DNA from: Basidiobolus meristosporus CBS 931.73
Lineage: Eukaryota > Fungi > Basidiobolomycota
DNA: 64,000 bases
Reading direction: 5' to 3'
Assembly: GCA_002104905.1 (NCBI GenBank)
Contig: MCFE01000487.1
Location: 3,644-67,643 of the forward strand
In this document: positions 62,422 to 64,000 of the stretch, piece after piece
Position numbering within the stretch: the stretch's first letter is position 1
Layout: each line of letters opens with the position of its first letter
Notes under the pieces: model-generated
What the model saw: only the letters and a program-made list of their open reading frames with translations
Told to the model about the DNA's origin: nothing
The model's database searches: none
Translations under genes and position numbers: made by a program

Positions 62422-62760
62422 TTAGAGACCCGAGAATGCTTTGATAGCATACACCGCAGTAGATTTGGCACTTGCAGGGTTAGCTCCAGTGACCACCGGC
62501 CACCAGTCCGAGTAAAGTCAGCAAATGGAGTAGGGGTGCCACATACTCTGCCCCGACCGCCACTGCTCCTTTCTCAATTGCAGCCACATTGGCCGATTTG
62601 ATCAGCTCAAGCAGATTTAGCATTTCCCCGCTCTTGGTGCTGAACCCAGTAACATTTTTGCCAGCAATGATGGACTTACCAGTGCGACTATCCATGATAC
62701 CTGGGGGAATGGCGGGTCCATGACATACAGCCAAAACCACACCCCCGCGCTTGGGATCAA
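62422..62760 (-). pseudogene. Hsp31/DJ-1/PfpI (glyoxalase III-like) pseudogene fragment
   Basis: RGGVVLAVCHGP nucleophile motif, IIAGKNVTGFST and, after frameshifts, PFADFTRTGGR..VTGANPASAKSTA..AIKAFSGL*; 5' part not recognisable. Confidence 0.78.
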
Positions 62761-63393
62761 CTCTGTAATGTTTTCCCTTCCGTAAGATACAACTCTTTGG
62801 CAAGCTTAATTCCTTCTTCACTATAGTAGCACGTAACAGCTTCAGTTCCCATAATCCTCAGGAGAAATCATACGGGGAGTAGTTTGTCAAGAGATCAGTC
62901 CTTCAATACGTTTCTACTTCGAGGATTTAAAAACATCGGCTTGTTATCGATTTGTTTGTGTGCATGAAGTCTGTTGCACCTGTAGATCAGATATTGCAAG
63001 CAGATGGCATCGGGTTCAATCATTTCGGGTAACTAATGAAGTTGAAATCAAGAAAAGAGCAACTCACCGACTTGTTTGTTGTACTTGCACGCATCATCAT
63101 CACGGCGTAAAAAGCAAAATATTTGTATCAATCGTTGAATAAGCTCTACTTTCATTCTGGGTGAATATTAATACCTATGCATGTTCATGAGACTTATCAA
63201 TTTAGTATTATGAGCCAATTATATAACTTCTGCTTAGTGATATTTCTAGGGACGGGACACCCCAAGGATTTGCATGCTAATGAAAAGAATTTGGCCCACT
63301 TTACAGAATATAATTAATCCTGAATGTTTATTATACAACCAAAAATTCCAAATTTACTCTTCACTATTTAACACCGGATTGGCTTGCCAAAAC

Positions 63394-63813
63394 TTAGTTG
63401 ACATCCTCCAACATTTGCTTGCTCACAAGCATATGGTAGAACCCACGCTTAGCTAGAAGTTCTGTGTGGGTTCCCAGCTCAATCACCGTTCCGTTCTTGA
63501 CAACCACAATGAGATCGGCATTCTGAACGGTTGAGAGTCTATGCGCTATAGTGATGGTAGTGCAACCTTTGGATGCGCTATCCAGGGCAGCTTGAACTAC
63601 CTTCTCACTTTCAGAGTCCAAAGCTGAAGTGGCTTTGTCCAAAAGAAGTAAGGTTGGGTTACGGATGATCGCCCAAGCAATGGCTACGCGCTGCTTCTGT
63701 CCACCAGAGAGCTGGGTTCCCTTTTGGCCAACGTTGGTGTTGTATCCATTAGGAAGATTGATGATGAATTCATGGATGTTGGCTGCCTTAGCTGCCTCTT
63801 CAATGCGGCACTG
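63394..63813 (-). pseudogene. ABCB/MDR transporter C-terminal NBD fragment, cut by the telomere
   Basis: [38 protein letters not shown] (Walker B E to K), [15 protein letters not shown]; the upstream gene is replaced by telomeric repeats. Confidence 0.93.
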
Positions 63814-64000
63814 TAGGGTTAGGGTTAGGGTTAGGGTTAGGGTTAGGGCTAGGGTTAGGGTTAGGGTTAGGGTTAGGGTTAGGGTTAGGGTTAGGGTTAG
63901 GGTTAGGGTTAGGGTTAGGGTTAGGGTTAGGGTTAGGGTTAGGGTTAGGGTTAGGGTTAGGGTTAGGGTTAGGGTTAGGGTTAGGGTTAGGGTTAGGGTT
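63814..64000 (+). repeat. Telomeric (TTAGGG)n array (chromosome right end)
   Basis: About 31 units running to the window end, with one CTAGGG variant near 63849. Confidence 0.98.

Overview
Right-hand end of a fungal chromosome: short GT-AG introns, a Zn2Cys6 transcription factor and a terminal (TTAGGG)n array. The gene content suggests an early-diverging fungus, possibly Basidiobolus-like, but this is inference. CpG-depleted transposon blocks (nested Ty1/copia copies and LTRs, a chromovirus-type Ty3/gypsy remnant and solo LTRs, LINE and CACTA remnants) alternate with CpG-rich gene islands. The islands hold two paralogous C2H2 TFs, a MAK/Ime2-type kinase, a WW-domain Gly/Gln-rich protein, an MFS efflux pump plus Zn2Cys6 TF, and a small secreted protein. 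The distal 28 kb holds tandem tRNA-Arg / secreted Gly-Asp-Tyr repeat-protein units, an intact intronless bacterial-type CoA-disulfide reductase-rhodanese-TusA gene (likely HGT), a truncated protoglobin, tRNA-Thr, a large secreted Gly-rich protein, and decayed UapA-like, Hsp31/DJ-1-like and ABCB genes. The ABCB gene is cut directly by the telomere. Top leads are the bacterial sulfur-redox gene, the Kex2-repeat-like peptide precursors co-duplicated with a tRNA, a 48-aa PP1-docking-motif microprotein missed by the ORF track, and telomere healing inside a coding sequence. All protein assignments come from motif recognition by eye; no searches were run.
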